From the NCBI GenBank assembly GCA_048538235.1, contig JBLYPX010000001.1, positions 392,013 through 456,012 on the forward strand: a stretch of 64,000 nt of DNA, in the 5' to 3' direction. The DNA comes from Candidatus Komeilibacteria bacterium (GTDB lineage: Bacteria; Patescibacteriota; Patescibacteriia; UBA1558). Position numbers and translations under genes: made by a program. The notes under the pieces were generated by a model. It saw only the letters and a list, made by a program, of their open reading frames with translations. It had not been told where the DNA came from and made no database searches. Below are positions 10,488 through 18,755 of this stretch, one piece after another; the stretch's first letter is position 1, and every line of letters starts with the position of its first letter.

Positions 10488-11490
10488 TGCCTAATAATCT
10501 TTCATTAGCTCTAGCATACTCAATAGCTTTCTCTAGTCCCATATCTAAATTTGTAACTGGGAACCAACCTAAGTGCTTCTTAGCTTTAGCTATGTCTGGC
10601 TTACCAAGTTCAGTCATAAACATTAATGGCTTTTTGTATACAATCTTAGATTGTGAAGCTGTCATATCTATTATCTTTTGAGCAACTATAGATAATTGAT
10701 AATCTACATCTGAACCAACATTAAATACTTCATTCTTATCTGACTCCATTATTTTCATTAAAGCATCAACTGCATCACCAATATACAATAATGTTGTAGT
10801 GAAATTCTCATCACCATAAATTACTAAATCCTTATTAGATAAAGCATTAACAATAAAGTCTGGTACCATCTGTCCATCATTAAGAAGCATTTTTGGACCA
10901 TATGTTCTAAATATCCTAGCTATCTTAATTGGCAAATTAAAATGATCTCTATAGGTTGTACACATTGTCTCAGCAAACCTCTTACCTTCATCATAGCAAG
11001 CTCTTGGTGATGTAAAATCTACAATCCCCTGATCTGCTTCAACAAACTTATCTACACCTTCTTGTCTTGGTCCATATACAACAGCTGAAGATAAATGAAC
11101 CAACTTAGCTTCATATTCTTTAACAATCTCTAAAATATTTTTTACAGCTAAAGAATTTGCATCCAAAGTATCTATGACCATAGCGTCAAAATTCTTAGCA
11201 GAAGTTGGACATGCTAAATTATATACTTCTTGAACACCTTGCCATTCAATCTTAAAGTCAGCTAATTCTGGTATTGCCTTTAAATCTAAACTTTGAGAGA
11301 TATCGTGTCTAACGAATTTAAAATTTGGATTCTGCATTAGCAGACGTATATTCTCAACTGTACCTGTTGAAAAATTATCTACACAAATAACCTTACTAGT
11401 CTTAACTAATTCTTCACAAAGATGAGAACCTAAAAAACCAGCCCCTCCAAATACTACAATGTTTTTCTTATCAAATATTACTTTTTTCAT
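10468..11490 (-). CDS. NAD-dependent epimerase/dehydratase, UDP-glucuronate decarboxylase (UXS/ArnA C-terminal domain)-like
   Basis: GGAGFLGSHL Rossmann motif and the YGP...K catalytic region of the SDR extended family. Confidence 0.8.
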   Translation of the reverse strand: MKKVIFDKKNIVVFGGAGFLGSHLCEELVKTSKVICVDNFSTGTVENIRLLMQNPNFKFVRHDISQSLDLKAIPELADFKIEWQGVQEVYNLACPTSAKNFDAMVIDTLDANSLAVKNILEIVKEYEAKLVHLSSAVVYGPRQEGVDKFVEADQGIVDFTSPRACYDEGKRFAETMCTTYRDHFNLPIKIARIFRTYGPKMLLNDGQMVPDFIVNALSNKDLVIYGDENFTTTLLYIGDAVDALMKIMESDKNEVFNVGSDVDYQLSIVAQKIIDMTASQSKIVYKKPLMFMTELGKPDIAKAKKHLGWFPVTNLDMGLEKAIEYARANERLLGNDTKFE

Positions 11491-11530
11491 ATATTTTACT
11501 TATTTATTTACTATATAATACCATATTTTA

Positions 11531-11971
11531 TTAATTCCAGACATGTCTTCTAGATATACTGAAATTCCACAAGAAACCTATAAATATACCTATTAATTTA
11601 GCTATTAAGTCATATATCTCTGTATGATGTACAAGAACGTAGAAAGTAGACTGAGCTAATACAAAACTACCAATAAAGATAATGACAAAATACTTAATAA
11701 TCTGTTTTAAACTATGACCATTATGTCCATCATTAAATGTCCAATACTTATTTAATAAATAGCTAGTAATAAGTCCAAAACAGAAAGAAATCATATTAGC
11801 TTGAACATAGTGACCAGAAAAATAATCTGTAAGTCTAGTCAAAGAAATATATATTGAATAATCTATGATAGTACTAATAAGACCAGAGGCTGCAAATTTA
11901 GCTCCTTGCTTAAAAACCTTTTTAATATGGTTAATAGATTTATTAATTAATATATCCAATATTGATTCCAT
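11531..11971 (-). CDS. GtrA family membrane protein (polyprenyl-phosphate-sugar flippase-like)
   Basis: 146 aa, 4 TM. AASGLISTIIDYSIYISL pattern typical of GtrA. Confidence 0.65.
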   Translation of the reverse strand: MESILDILINKSINHIKKVFKQGAKFAASGLISTIIDYSIYISLTRLTDYFSGHYVQANMISFCFGLITSYLLNKYWTFNDGHNGHSLKQIIKYFVIIFIGSFVLAQSTFYVLVHHTEIYDLIAKLIGIFIGFLWNFSISRRHVWN

Positions 11972-13865
11972 GATTATCTTTTTGATCTAATGTAAAAAAT
12001 TCATATTGCAAATTTCCCATAATGTTGAAGGATCGTAAATGTGGCCCGCCAGTATTTCCTGGACCAACTAATATATTATTATCGTTGGCACTAATATCTA
12101 TACCTCCTTTAAAGTTTTCATTGTAAGCATTAAATGACCTAATAAGTTCACCGCTTAAACTATACACCTTAATCTCTGGATATAGGCCTGAATGTGCACC
12201 AGTAATAATATTATTTCCTAGTATAGCTAATGACCCAGCTGTACCATCTAATAATATCTTAGAGTCTAATCTACCCAACTGATTATATATTAATACCATA
12301 CCCTTACCTAGAATATTTATTTCATTAACATTGTCTTGATCAATATCTCCAGCAAAAATATCATAGACAGGTGCTGATACAGCAAACTCATTTAATAAAT
12401 CTCCACCTAATGTATATAGCTTTATTAAACTATTATTATAATCTTCAGACCAAACCACTATTCTATTATTCAAATTATTTACCTTTAATCTATTCAAGCC
12501 GCTCACTTCCCACTCATTAATTAAATTACCTTGAGTGTCAAAAACTTTTATTAAATTACCATTTGCTTGAGCTGCTACTATATACTGAGTATTATTATCT
12601 GTTATCTTGGTAATATTTACACCACCAGTATAATCTGCAAAAGCATTAAACTGAGTTATTAGCTCACCGGCTTCATTATATTCATAGATATCTGATGAAA
12701 ATCCTCCTTTACTACTTACCATTACTCCGGTTTCAATATTTACAATATTTTTAGCTTGTTCAAATATACTTGCTAAATTTAATTTACCCTTACCCATTTT
12801 ACCTCTATAGTTTGGGTTATTAGCATCTATATTGTCTGCATTGTCTAATATTAAATTATATATCTCTTGATTAGTAAGAGCTGGCCTATATGCTTTTATT
12901 AAAGCAGCTGCTCCAGCAACTAGTGGAGTTGCAAGTGATGTACCTGACCAATAACCAGAAAACTTATCTCTATAATCTGCAAATATTGGTTGGTAAATAT
13001 TTAAACCATAAAAGTATTCACCTGGTGCATTAATATCTAAACACTCACTACCATAATTTGAGAATAAGCTTTTCTTATTCAACATATCTATAGAGCCAAC
13101 TCCTAGAATGTGATTATCTCCAACTGAACCATCAATGCAAACAGGATATCTAGGACTTGTTACTAAATCTACACTATTGTCTTGTCCTTTATCTCCAACA
13201 GATTCATTACCAACAGCAGCTACTACAACCACACCAGCATCATATGCTCTTTTAATAGCCGTAGATAAATTATTATCTGTAACAGCACCAACTAATGACA
13301 TATTAATAATATCTGCACCATTAGCAACAGCATAGTCTATAGCATCAACCACATCGGCTGTACTGCCGTTACCATATCCATCTAGAGCTATTAATGACAT
13401 TAAAGATACTTGCCAATTAACACCCGCAATACCATAATTATTATTTCCCCTAGCACCAATAATTCCTGCAACTAATGTTCCGTGATCAATTCCTAATTCA
13501 GAATAACCTGCATCAAATTTAGGATTAGGATCTGCTTCATTTCTAATAAAATCCCAACCATTGATATCATCTACATAACCATTATTATCATTATCTACAT
13601 TATCTCCAGCAATTTCATCGGTATTAACCCAGATATTCTCATAAATATCTGGATGATCCATATCTATACCAGTATCAATAACCGCTACCACTACTCTATT
13701 ACTACCGGTTGTATAATCCCAAGCCTGCTCAATATTTATTTCATCCAAATAATATAATTCTGTATTTAATGGATCATTAGATGTTTTAGCCATTAAAATA
13801 CCAGGCGTAATAAAAAAAACGACCAATAGAATACTAATTGTTTGTTTAAATCTAGTCATAAACAT
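11943..13865 (-). CDS. secreted S8 subtilisin-like serine peptidase with C-terminal beta-propeller-like domain
   Basis: Signal peptide. Catalytic triad motifs VAVIDTGID (Asp), HGTLVAGIIG (His) and GTSLATPLVAGAAAL (Ser). Confidence 0.85.
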   Translation of the reverse strand: MFMTRFKQTISILLVVFFITPGILMAKTSNDPLNTELYYLDEINIEQAWDYTTGSNRVVVAVIDTGIDMDHPDIYENIWVNTDEIAGDNVDNDNNGYVDDINGWDFIRNEADPNPKFDAGYSELGIDHGTLVAGIIGARGNNNYGIAGVNWQVSLMSLIALDGYGNGSTADVVDAIDYAVANGADIINMSLVGAVTDNNLSTAIKRAYDAGVVVVAAVGNESVGDKGQDNSVDLVTSPRYPVCIDGSVGDNHILGVGSIDMLNKKSLFSNYGSECLDINAPGEYFYGLNIYQPIFADYRDKFSGYWSGTSLATPLVAGAAALIKAYRPALTNQEIYNLILDNADNIDANNPNYRGKMGKGKLNLASIFEQAKNIVNIETGVMVSSKGGFSSDIYEYNEAGELITQFNAFADYTGGVNITKITDNNTQYIVAAQANGNLIKVFDTQGNLINEWEVSGLNRLKVNNLNNRIVVWSEDYNNSLIKLYTLGGDLLNEFAVSAPVYDIFAGDIDQDNVNEINILGKGMVLIYNQLGRLDSKILLDGTAGSLAILGNNIITGAHSGLYPEIKVYSLSGELIRSFNAYNENFKGGIDISANDNNILVGPGNTGGPHLRSFNIMGNLQYEFFTLDQKDNHGINIGYIN

Positions 13866-13955
13866 GGATAAATTATACCAAAACAGTCATTAATTGTCAT
13901 CACAATTATATTCCTAACCATAATTCATTAACTATTAACAATGTGGACAAGTATT

Positions 13956-13983
13956 TTGACAATAAATACTAATATGCTAGAAT
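13956..13983 (+). promoter_or_regulatory. sigma70-like promoter (TTGACA-16nt-TAGAAT)
   Basis: Perfect -35 TTGACA at 13956-13961 and TAGAAT at 13978-13983. There is no plus-strand CDS downstream. Confidence 0.35.
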
Positions 13984-13989
13984 TTAAGT

Positions 13990-14057
13990 ACAAATGGTAT
14001 CCCCTTTTAGGGGTTGCTCCGAGACTCCATACCGAAAGGTATGGAGATCGTTTTTTT
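13990..14057 (+). ncRNA. candidate ~65-nt small RNA (promoter + two hairpins + U7 intrinsic terminator)
   Basis: Hairpins CCCC-UUUUA-GGGG (14001-14013) and CUCCAUACC-GAAA-GGUAUGGAG (14025-14046) followed by TTTTTTT (14051-14057). The U-tract is only on the plus strand. Convergent with and touching the 3' end of the MazF-like gene. Confidence 0.25.
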
Positions 14058-14451
14058 ATAAATAGTTTTTTAGCCTATCTTTAATATCTAAAAAATAATT
14101 GTCTTCAATTAAACCAATTTTTCTTATCAACCTTTTGCTACTAAATAACTTTAATTGAGACAGTATAGTACTTTGCTTAGAGCCGTTATAGCTAAACTTA
14201 AAATAGTAATGTTTGTCTTTAATTTTAGTAGTTGTGGGAATAGCCCAAAATAAATCCTTATTAAATTTCTTTACTATAATAACTGGTCTCTCAAAGTTCT
14301 TATTTTTACCATCTTGTTCATAGCCAATATTTACACCTAAACTGGCCCACCATATTTCTTTTTCTCTAAAGAAAACTTCGCGCTCATCAGCAATGTGTAT
14401 TCTAATTTTCAATTTGGTCCATTCAATAAACTTATTTAAATAATCTTCCAT
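14056..14451 (-). CDS. PemK/MazF-family endoribonuclease toxin-like protein (with ~25 aa N-terminal extension)
   Basis: EIWWASLGVNIGYEQDGKNKNFERPVIIV...WAIPTTTK matches the PemK/MazF/Kid core pattern (GxIwwvdl...G.EQ.G.RPvlIv...P.Tt). Confidence 0.6.
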   Translation of the reverse strand: MEDYLNKFIEWTKLKIRIHIADEREVFFREKEIWWASLGVNIGYEQDGKNKNFERPVIIVKKFNKDLFWAIPTTTKIKDKHYYFKFSYNGSKQSTILSQLKLFSSKRLIRKIGLIEDNYFLDIKDRLKNYL

Positions 14452-14463
14452 ATTTTTTTAATT

Positions 14464-14492
14464 AAAAAAGGTCGCTAACTTAACGACCCTTT
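14464..14492 (-). terminator. intrinsic terminator of the repeat-protein gene (GGTCG-9nt-CGACC + T6 on minus strand)
   Basis: Hairpin 14470-14488 followed on the minus strand by TTTTTT (14464-14469). Confidence 0.5.
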
Positions 14493-14508
14493 CAATTTAA
14501 TATGTAAT

Positions 14509-14973
14509 CTATTCTACAATTCCTCTATCCATTAAAGTTCTGTGTATTTCTCTCTGAGGTGGCAACTTTTCCCACTCATCTCTTAAAATATATTTTGTCT
14601 TCTGTAAACCCATTTGTAAAGCCAGCAATCTCCTATCTGTCCAATCCATAATTTTAGCCATTGTAGGACGTAAAGATATTTGGTACTCAAGGTCCTGAAA
14701 TCTACTCTCAACGTTGTCAAAACCTTTTTGCACCATTAAAGTTAATTCATGCAATTCATCCTTTGTTGCAAGATGCTTATTATTCTCAATAAAGGCTTGT
14801 TTTAAATCTTCTTTGGTTACGAGGTTTTTATTATTCTCAATAAAGGCCTGTTTTAAATCTTCTTTGGTTGCAAGATTCTTATTATTCTGAACCAAATCAT
14901 CTTTAGTGACAAGATTCTTGTTATTCTCCTGAATAACATTTTTGATTTGTTGAATGTCTTCTTTTTGAAGCAT
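14509..14973 (-). CDS. coiled-coil protein with 17-aa tandem repeats (NKNLxTKEDLKQAFIEN)
   Basis: Three to four 51-bp DNA repeat units are visible at 14760-14935. Acidic/helical C-terminus. No recognised domain. Confidence 0.55.
   Translation of the reverse strand: MLQKEDIQQIKNVIQENNKNLVTKDDLVQNNKNLATKEDLKQAFIENNKNLVTKEDLKQAFIENNKHLATKDELHELTLMVQKGFDNVESRFQDLEYQISLRPTMAKIMDWTDRRLLALQMGLQKTKYILRDEWEKLPPQREIHRTLMDRGIVE
14760..14935. repeat. 51-bp tandem repeat (~3.5 copies) inside the CDS
   Basis: Units TTATTATTCTCAATAAAGGCYTGTTTTAAATCTTCTTTGGTT recur with period 51 (14777, 14828, ...). Confidence 0.6.
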
Positions 14974-15070
14974 AGTCTTTTAGATAAATAATTAAAGACC
15001 CTTTCGACCCTTTAATTATTAACATAATATCATGCGATATATGAACAGTCAAAAACAATTTTTTGACAAT

Positions 15071-16579
15071 TTATTCTAAATTTAAACCATTGGGATATAT
15101 ATCCCAGGCTGGTACTTCTATTATTCTATCCCATCTAAAGTTATTTTCATTGAATGCATTTTCACTCATTATCCATCTTTTCTTACCATCTTCAATTAAA
15201 TATACTTTATTACTATTCTTGTACTTAATAAGTACATTATTTGGTTTAGTTGTAGCATCTATGATAGCATCAAGCTCTGGATATGAGGCAAGGTCATCTG
15301 TACTAACTGGATAAGCCCATTCATCTTTAAAACCTAAACTATCAAATACTTGTTTATTCATTATTAATCTTTTACCACCATCTTCTACAAAATAATATGT
15401 AGCGGCACCAACTTTTAGGATACTACCATCTCTATACTTTTGTTCAGCACCCAGTGGCATTCTATATAACTTAGATGAAGTTGTTACAGAACCTACTTTA
15501 ATATTCCAAGAATGAAGTACAGATAAATCTGACATATAGTGTTTTATGCCATCCTTAATATAATACACTCTATCTGTACCATATTCTTTATATGCTTTAT
15601 TATTTTCAATCTCATCTGGTATCCAACCATTAACTGAAGCAAGTAATCTATAACTTCCTAGTCTAGAAATATTAGCTGTGATTGTATTATTAGAAACTAT
15701 TGTAGCAACCGCTTCCCATTGATTATTATCTTCATCATAATGCGCTAGTCTTAAACTATTCTCAGCAAAGTTACTCATTCTAGTTGATGCATATTTAATT
15801 TCAATTGTTGCGGGTTTTGCTAAATAACTAACTTCATCATTTGAAATAGCTTCTCTAACAGTTAAATTAATAGGTTTTGTATATAGTGAAAACTGTCCGG
15901 TTGAAATAGATGGTCCATAAGGACGATTATCATTTGATTCAACAACAGAAAATACGCCGTGTGATGGCATAGCTGCTTCAGGAATACCAACTGTCACCTG
16001 GTAATTAAAATCTAATCTTTTAGATGTTCTACCAGAAGTTTCAGAGGTTAGTTCTAAAACACCATTAGTAGTTTCAATGTCAAAAATAGCATCCTGTAAT
16101 ATATTTGTCTGACAAGCTAATGTTTGAAATTGTTTTACATCTCCTTCATTCTTGTTACCAGCAACATCATATGTAGATATCCTATAACTATATAATTTTC
16201 CGCAGGTTAAATTCTGTAAACTAAAGCTTTGACTTCCCTGCTGCCAATATATAAGGCTAGTAGATTGAGTTAAGTTATTATCCAAACCATACTCAATCAT
16301 ACTTCTACCAATATATGCAGTTTCCCAATTAATAGTAACGCTAGATTTAGTTAAACTACTTGGATTACCTGTGGTTGGCTTGGCTTCACCTAATACATAA
16401 CCATAAGCTGCTAGTGGCTCAATATTATATCCATAACCTGTTTTAGACTGTCCATATTGGTTCTTACCACTACCCTGTATATAGCTAGTATCATCAGATC
16501 CAGAACGATAAAAATAAGCACTAGCCGTTATAGGCTGTGCTAATAGTACAAATATTAAAACTATAAATAGCTTTTTCAT
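15071..16579 (-). CDS. secreted protein with fibronectin type III-like domain and C-terminal VYxIxDGxKRWI repeat module
   Basis: Signal peptide. FN3-like segment (SVTINWETAY...YSYRISTYDVAGN). C-terminal two copies of the module shared with 18168, 19337 and 20807 proteins. Confidence 0.65.
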   Translation of the reverse strand: MKKLFIVLIFVLLAQPITASAYFYRSGSDDTSYIQGSGKNQYGQSKTGYGYNIEPLAAYGYVLGEAKPTTGNPSSLTKSSVTINWETAYIGRSMIEYGLDNNLTQSTSLIYWQQGSQSFSLQNLTCGKLYSYRISTYDVAGNKNEGDVKQFQTLACQTNILQDAIFDIETTNGVLELTSETSGRTSKRLDFNYQVTVGIPEAAMPSHGVFSVVESNDNRPYGPSISTGQFSLYTKPINLTVREAISNDEVSYLAKPATIEIKYASTRMSNFAENSLRLAHYDEDNNQWEAVATIVSNNTITANISRLGSYRLLASVNGWIPDEIENNKAYKEYGTDRVYYIKDGIKHYMSDLSVLHSWNIKVGSVTTSSKLYRMPLGAEQKYRDGSILKVGAATYYFVEDGGKRLIMNKQVFDSLGFKDEWAYPVSTDDLASYPELDAIIDATTKPNNVLIKYKNSNKVYLIEDGKKRWIMSENAFNENNFRWDRIIEVPAWDIYPNGLNLE

Positions 16580-16618
16580 AGCTATATTAAAATAGCAGTT
16601 TTTAAGTTAAAAGTCAAT

Positions 16619-16819
16619 CTAATTTTTACCCAGTAATAGCAGCACCAATCCCACCATCTTATCTTTATCTGCTGAATTACTTTCAGCAATTAACAATGTC
16701 AGTGTAGTTAAAACTTCTGGTGATAAACTATCTTTTAATAATTTAGCCTCATTTAAATACCAAATAAATGTAAAAGCCGCACTTCTTTTATTACCATCTA
16801 CAAAAGGATGATTCTTTTT
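16619..16819 (-). pseudogene. Doc/Fic (death-on-curing) C-terminal fragment, out of frame with the upstream RhuM ORF
   Basis: Minus-strand -1 frame reads KKNHPFVDGNKRSAAFTFIWYLNEAKLL..., carrying the Doc/Fic HxFx(D/N)GNKR motif. It has no start codon. It overlaps the RhuM stop at 16798-16800. Confidence 0.5.
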
Positions 16820-17196
16820 CTATTTATCGTATAACCCTCTACTAAATGTCGTCTTAATACCTTTGTTGCCCAAATACGAAACAAGGTAGCTTTTTTAGAA
16901 TTAACTCTATAGCCGACAGATATGATAGCATCAAGATTATAATATTCAATTTTTCTTTTAATTTTTCTACTACCCTCAATCCGAACTGTTTCCAAAATGG
17001 AAACAGTTGCCCCTTTTGCTAACTCTCCCTGTATATAAATATTTTTAAGGTGTTTAGAAATAGCAGCCTTCTGAACGCCAAACAAATCGGCAATCTGGTT
17101 CAAATTACCCCAAATAGTGTCGCGTTCAAAATCCCCACGATATTCTATAGCTCCATTTTCTGCCTGATAAATGACTAAATCATTATTCTTTTTCAT
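16798..17196 (-). CDS. RhuM-family protein (N-terminal part of a probable frameshifted RhuM-Doc gene)
   Basis: YYNLDAIISVGYRVNSKKATLFRIWATKVL matches the RhuM family signature. The ORF ends where the Doc motif begins in another frame. Confidence 0.65.
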   Translation of the reverse strand: MKKNNDLVIYQAENGAIEYRGDFERDTIWGNLNQIADLFGVQKAAISKHLKNIYIQGELAKGATVSILETVRIEGSRKIKRKIEYYNLDAIISVGYRVNSKKATLFRIWATKVLRRHLVEGYTINRKRIILL

Positions 17197-17249
17197 ATAA
17201 AAAGAGATCGTTAATTAAACGACCCTTTATTATCTGAACTATATCCTAT

Positions 17250-18065
17250 TTATGAAATCCTTTTTTGTCTTTTTGAAGTTACTACACTTTTACCAGTTTT
17301 TTTCTCAACTTCTTTTCTAGCAATACCGGCTACACTACCGCCCTCATTTGCAACTTTCTTATTTTGAATAAATGTTTTAGGTTTTTTTTCTTTAGAAATT
17401 TCAGTAGTAGTTACTTCTGCAAGCATATTTAAAACAAGTTCCATATTAGACATATTATCTCTAAGATTTTGCTTCTTAAGACCTTTTAACTTTTTGTAAG
17501 CCTTAATACTTTTTCCTGACCAAGCCTTTGTAATTTCATTTGTCAAAATAGCAAATTCCAAACCTTCCTTCACTCCTCTTTCCTGCCATTCATCTGTAAG
17601 ATCTTTACGAACTTCAATTGTCTTAAGTCTCTGATTAATCCATTCCTTAGAATATCCTTTTTTAAGATATGTTTGCATTGCTCTATTTATTGCAAGTTCT
17701 GGATCTTCGGTTTCCTCAATCCTTTCATACCCAACTTTTGCTAGCCACAATTTTAAGGGTTCAGCTTTTGGTGATGGTATAGACTGAATGAGCCTTAAGA
17801 GAGTTTCAGTATCTACCACATCAGTAAGATATTTTTTACCGTCTGATGACTTTAATTTCAGTTGTCCCACTTTATGGGACAACTCACTTCCTTCATCTTT
17901 TAACTTAAACTTCAATGCATTCCAATACTTTCTTGGGCGAGGGCTGTCTGTAAGAATCCCTATAATATCTACAATTGAGAAATACCAAAGCTCTTTATCC
18001 TCATCCCAATGACGACGAACTTGTTTTTGATCAAATAATACAATTGAATTATTCTTTTTAGCCAT
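17250..18065 (-). CDS. DNA-damage-inducible protein D (DinD)-like protein with Bro-N-like N-terminal domain
   Basis: C-terminal KKLKGLKKQNLRDNMSNMELVLNML aligns with E. coli DinD KGLKKNQKILDHMGSTELAANLF. The N-terminus resembles Bro-N/antirepressor. Confidence 0.7.
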   Translation of the reverse strand: MAKKNNSIVLFDQKQVRRHWDEDKELWYFSIVDIIGILTDSPRPRKYWNALKFKLKDEGSELSHKVGQLKLKSSDGKKYLTDVVDTETLLRLIQSIPSPKAEPLKLWLAKVGYERIEETEDPELAINRAMQTYLKKGYSKEWINQRLKTIEVRKDLTDEWQERGVKEGLEFAILTNEITKAWSGKSIKAYKKLKGLKKQNLRDNMSNMELVLNMLAEVTTTEISKEKKPKTFIQNKKVANEGGSVAGIARKEVEKKTGKSVVTSKRQKRIS

Positions 18066-18167
18066 ATTTTTAATATATACTTAATCCCTTAACTATTGTT
18101 ATTATAACAAAAGGGCCTACTCTATTAAAGTGACCCTTATAAATCAATAATACAATGTAGTATATTA

Positions 18168-18656
18168 TTAGTCAACAATAGTATATTTCTTGAAATATTT
18201 ATCTGGCACTACCTGCACTTTCTCACCCCAGTTATTACCGTACTTCTCTTGTACAATAGACGGGCTTCTAAGCCATGACAATTCTCCCTCACCTACTGTT
18301 TCAAATATTTGATGACCTATTACTTTCTTTACAAGTGTTCCAGTTGGTAAAAACATATCTCTACCCTCTTCCAATTCTTTCATTATTGTACTATCTACAT
18401 CTTCAATTACTACATCATCTGTAATATGTACATTAATCATTGCTTCATTGTATAGCCAATATCTTATTTCATCTCTAACAAGATAGATTCTGTCACTTGA
18501 ATCTGTTTTTATATACCTATCTGGTGTTGCTGTTCTCAATAGTACAATTTCTTCTCCATCTACTAATGTTGGTTCAGCACCAACCATTGCATATGTCATT
18601 GCTGGCATTAATAGAAGTAATAAAGTTAATGTTATGTTCTTTAGCATGGGCTTCAA
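18168..18656 (-). CDS. small secreted protein consisting of one copy of the recurrent VYxIxDxxRYWI module
   Basis: Signal peptide MKPMLKNITLTLLLLLMPAMTYA. RIYLVRDEIRYWLYN...VPDKYFKKY is homologous to the C-termini of the 15071, 19337 and 20807 proteins. Confidence 0.6.
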   Translation of the reverse strand: MKPMLKNITLTLLLLLMPAMTYAMVGAEPTLVDGEEIVLLRTATPDRYIKTDSSDRIYLVRDEIRYWLYNEAMINVHITDDVVIEDVDSTIMKELEEGRDMFLPTGTLVKKVIGHQIFETVGEGELSWLRSPSIVQEKYGNNWGEKVQVVPDKYFKKYTIVD

Positions 18657-18711
18657 TTTAATATTAATGGGAATATTATATATTGTTTTTTAATTTGGAG
18701 CAATAGAAAAC

Positions 18712-18745
18712 AAACAACCCCGTGTAAACACGGGGTTGTTTTATA
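18712..18745. terminator. intrinsic terminator hairpin (AACCCCGTG-TAAA-CACGGGGTT) with T-runs on both sides
   Basis: Perfect 9-bp GC-rich stem at 18716-18737. On the minus strand it is followed by TTTGTTTTC, downstream of the 18756 gene. Confidence 0.5.
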
Positions 18746-18755
18746 CTTAATAAAT

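Noticed and set aside
14994-15067. Riboswitch-like or sRNA-like structure between the repeat-protein gene and the FN3 gene
   Set aside because: The hairpins (AATTAAAG...CTTTAATT and GTCAAAAA-CAAT-TTTTTGAC) are adequately explained as terminator structures of the upstream minus-strand gene. No conserved riboswitch core is recognisable.
16795-16822. Programmed -1 ribosomal frameshift joining RhuM and Doc reading frames
   Set aside because: The junction has no canonical X_XXY_YYZ slippery heptamer or obvious downstream stimulatory structure. A -1 frame stop (TAG 16820-16822) lies immediately upstream of the overlap. A single-nucleotide deletion in the T/A homopolymers (pseudogene or assembly error) is the simpler explanation.
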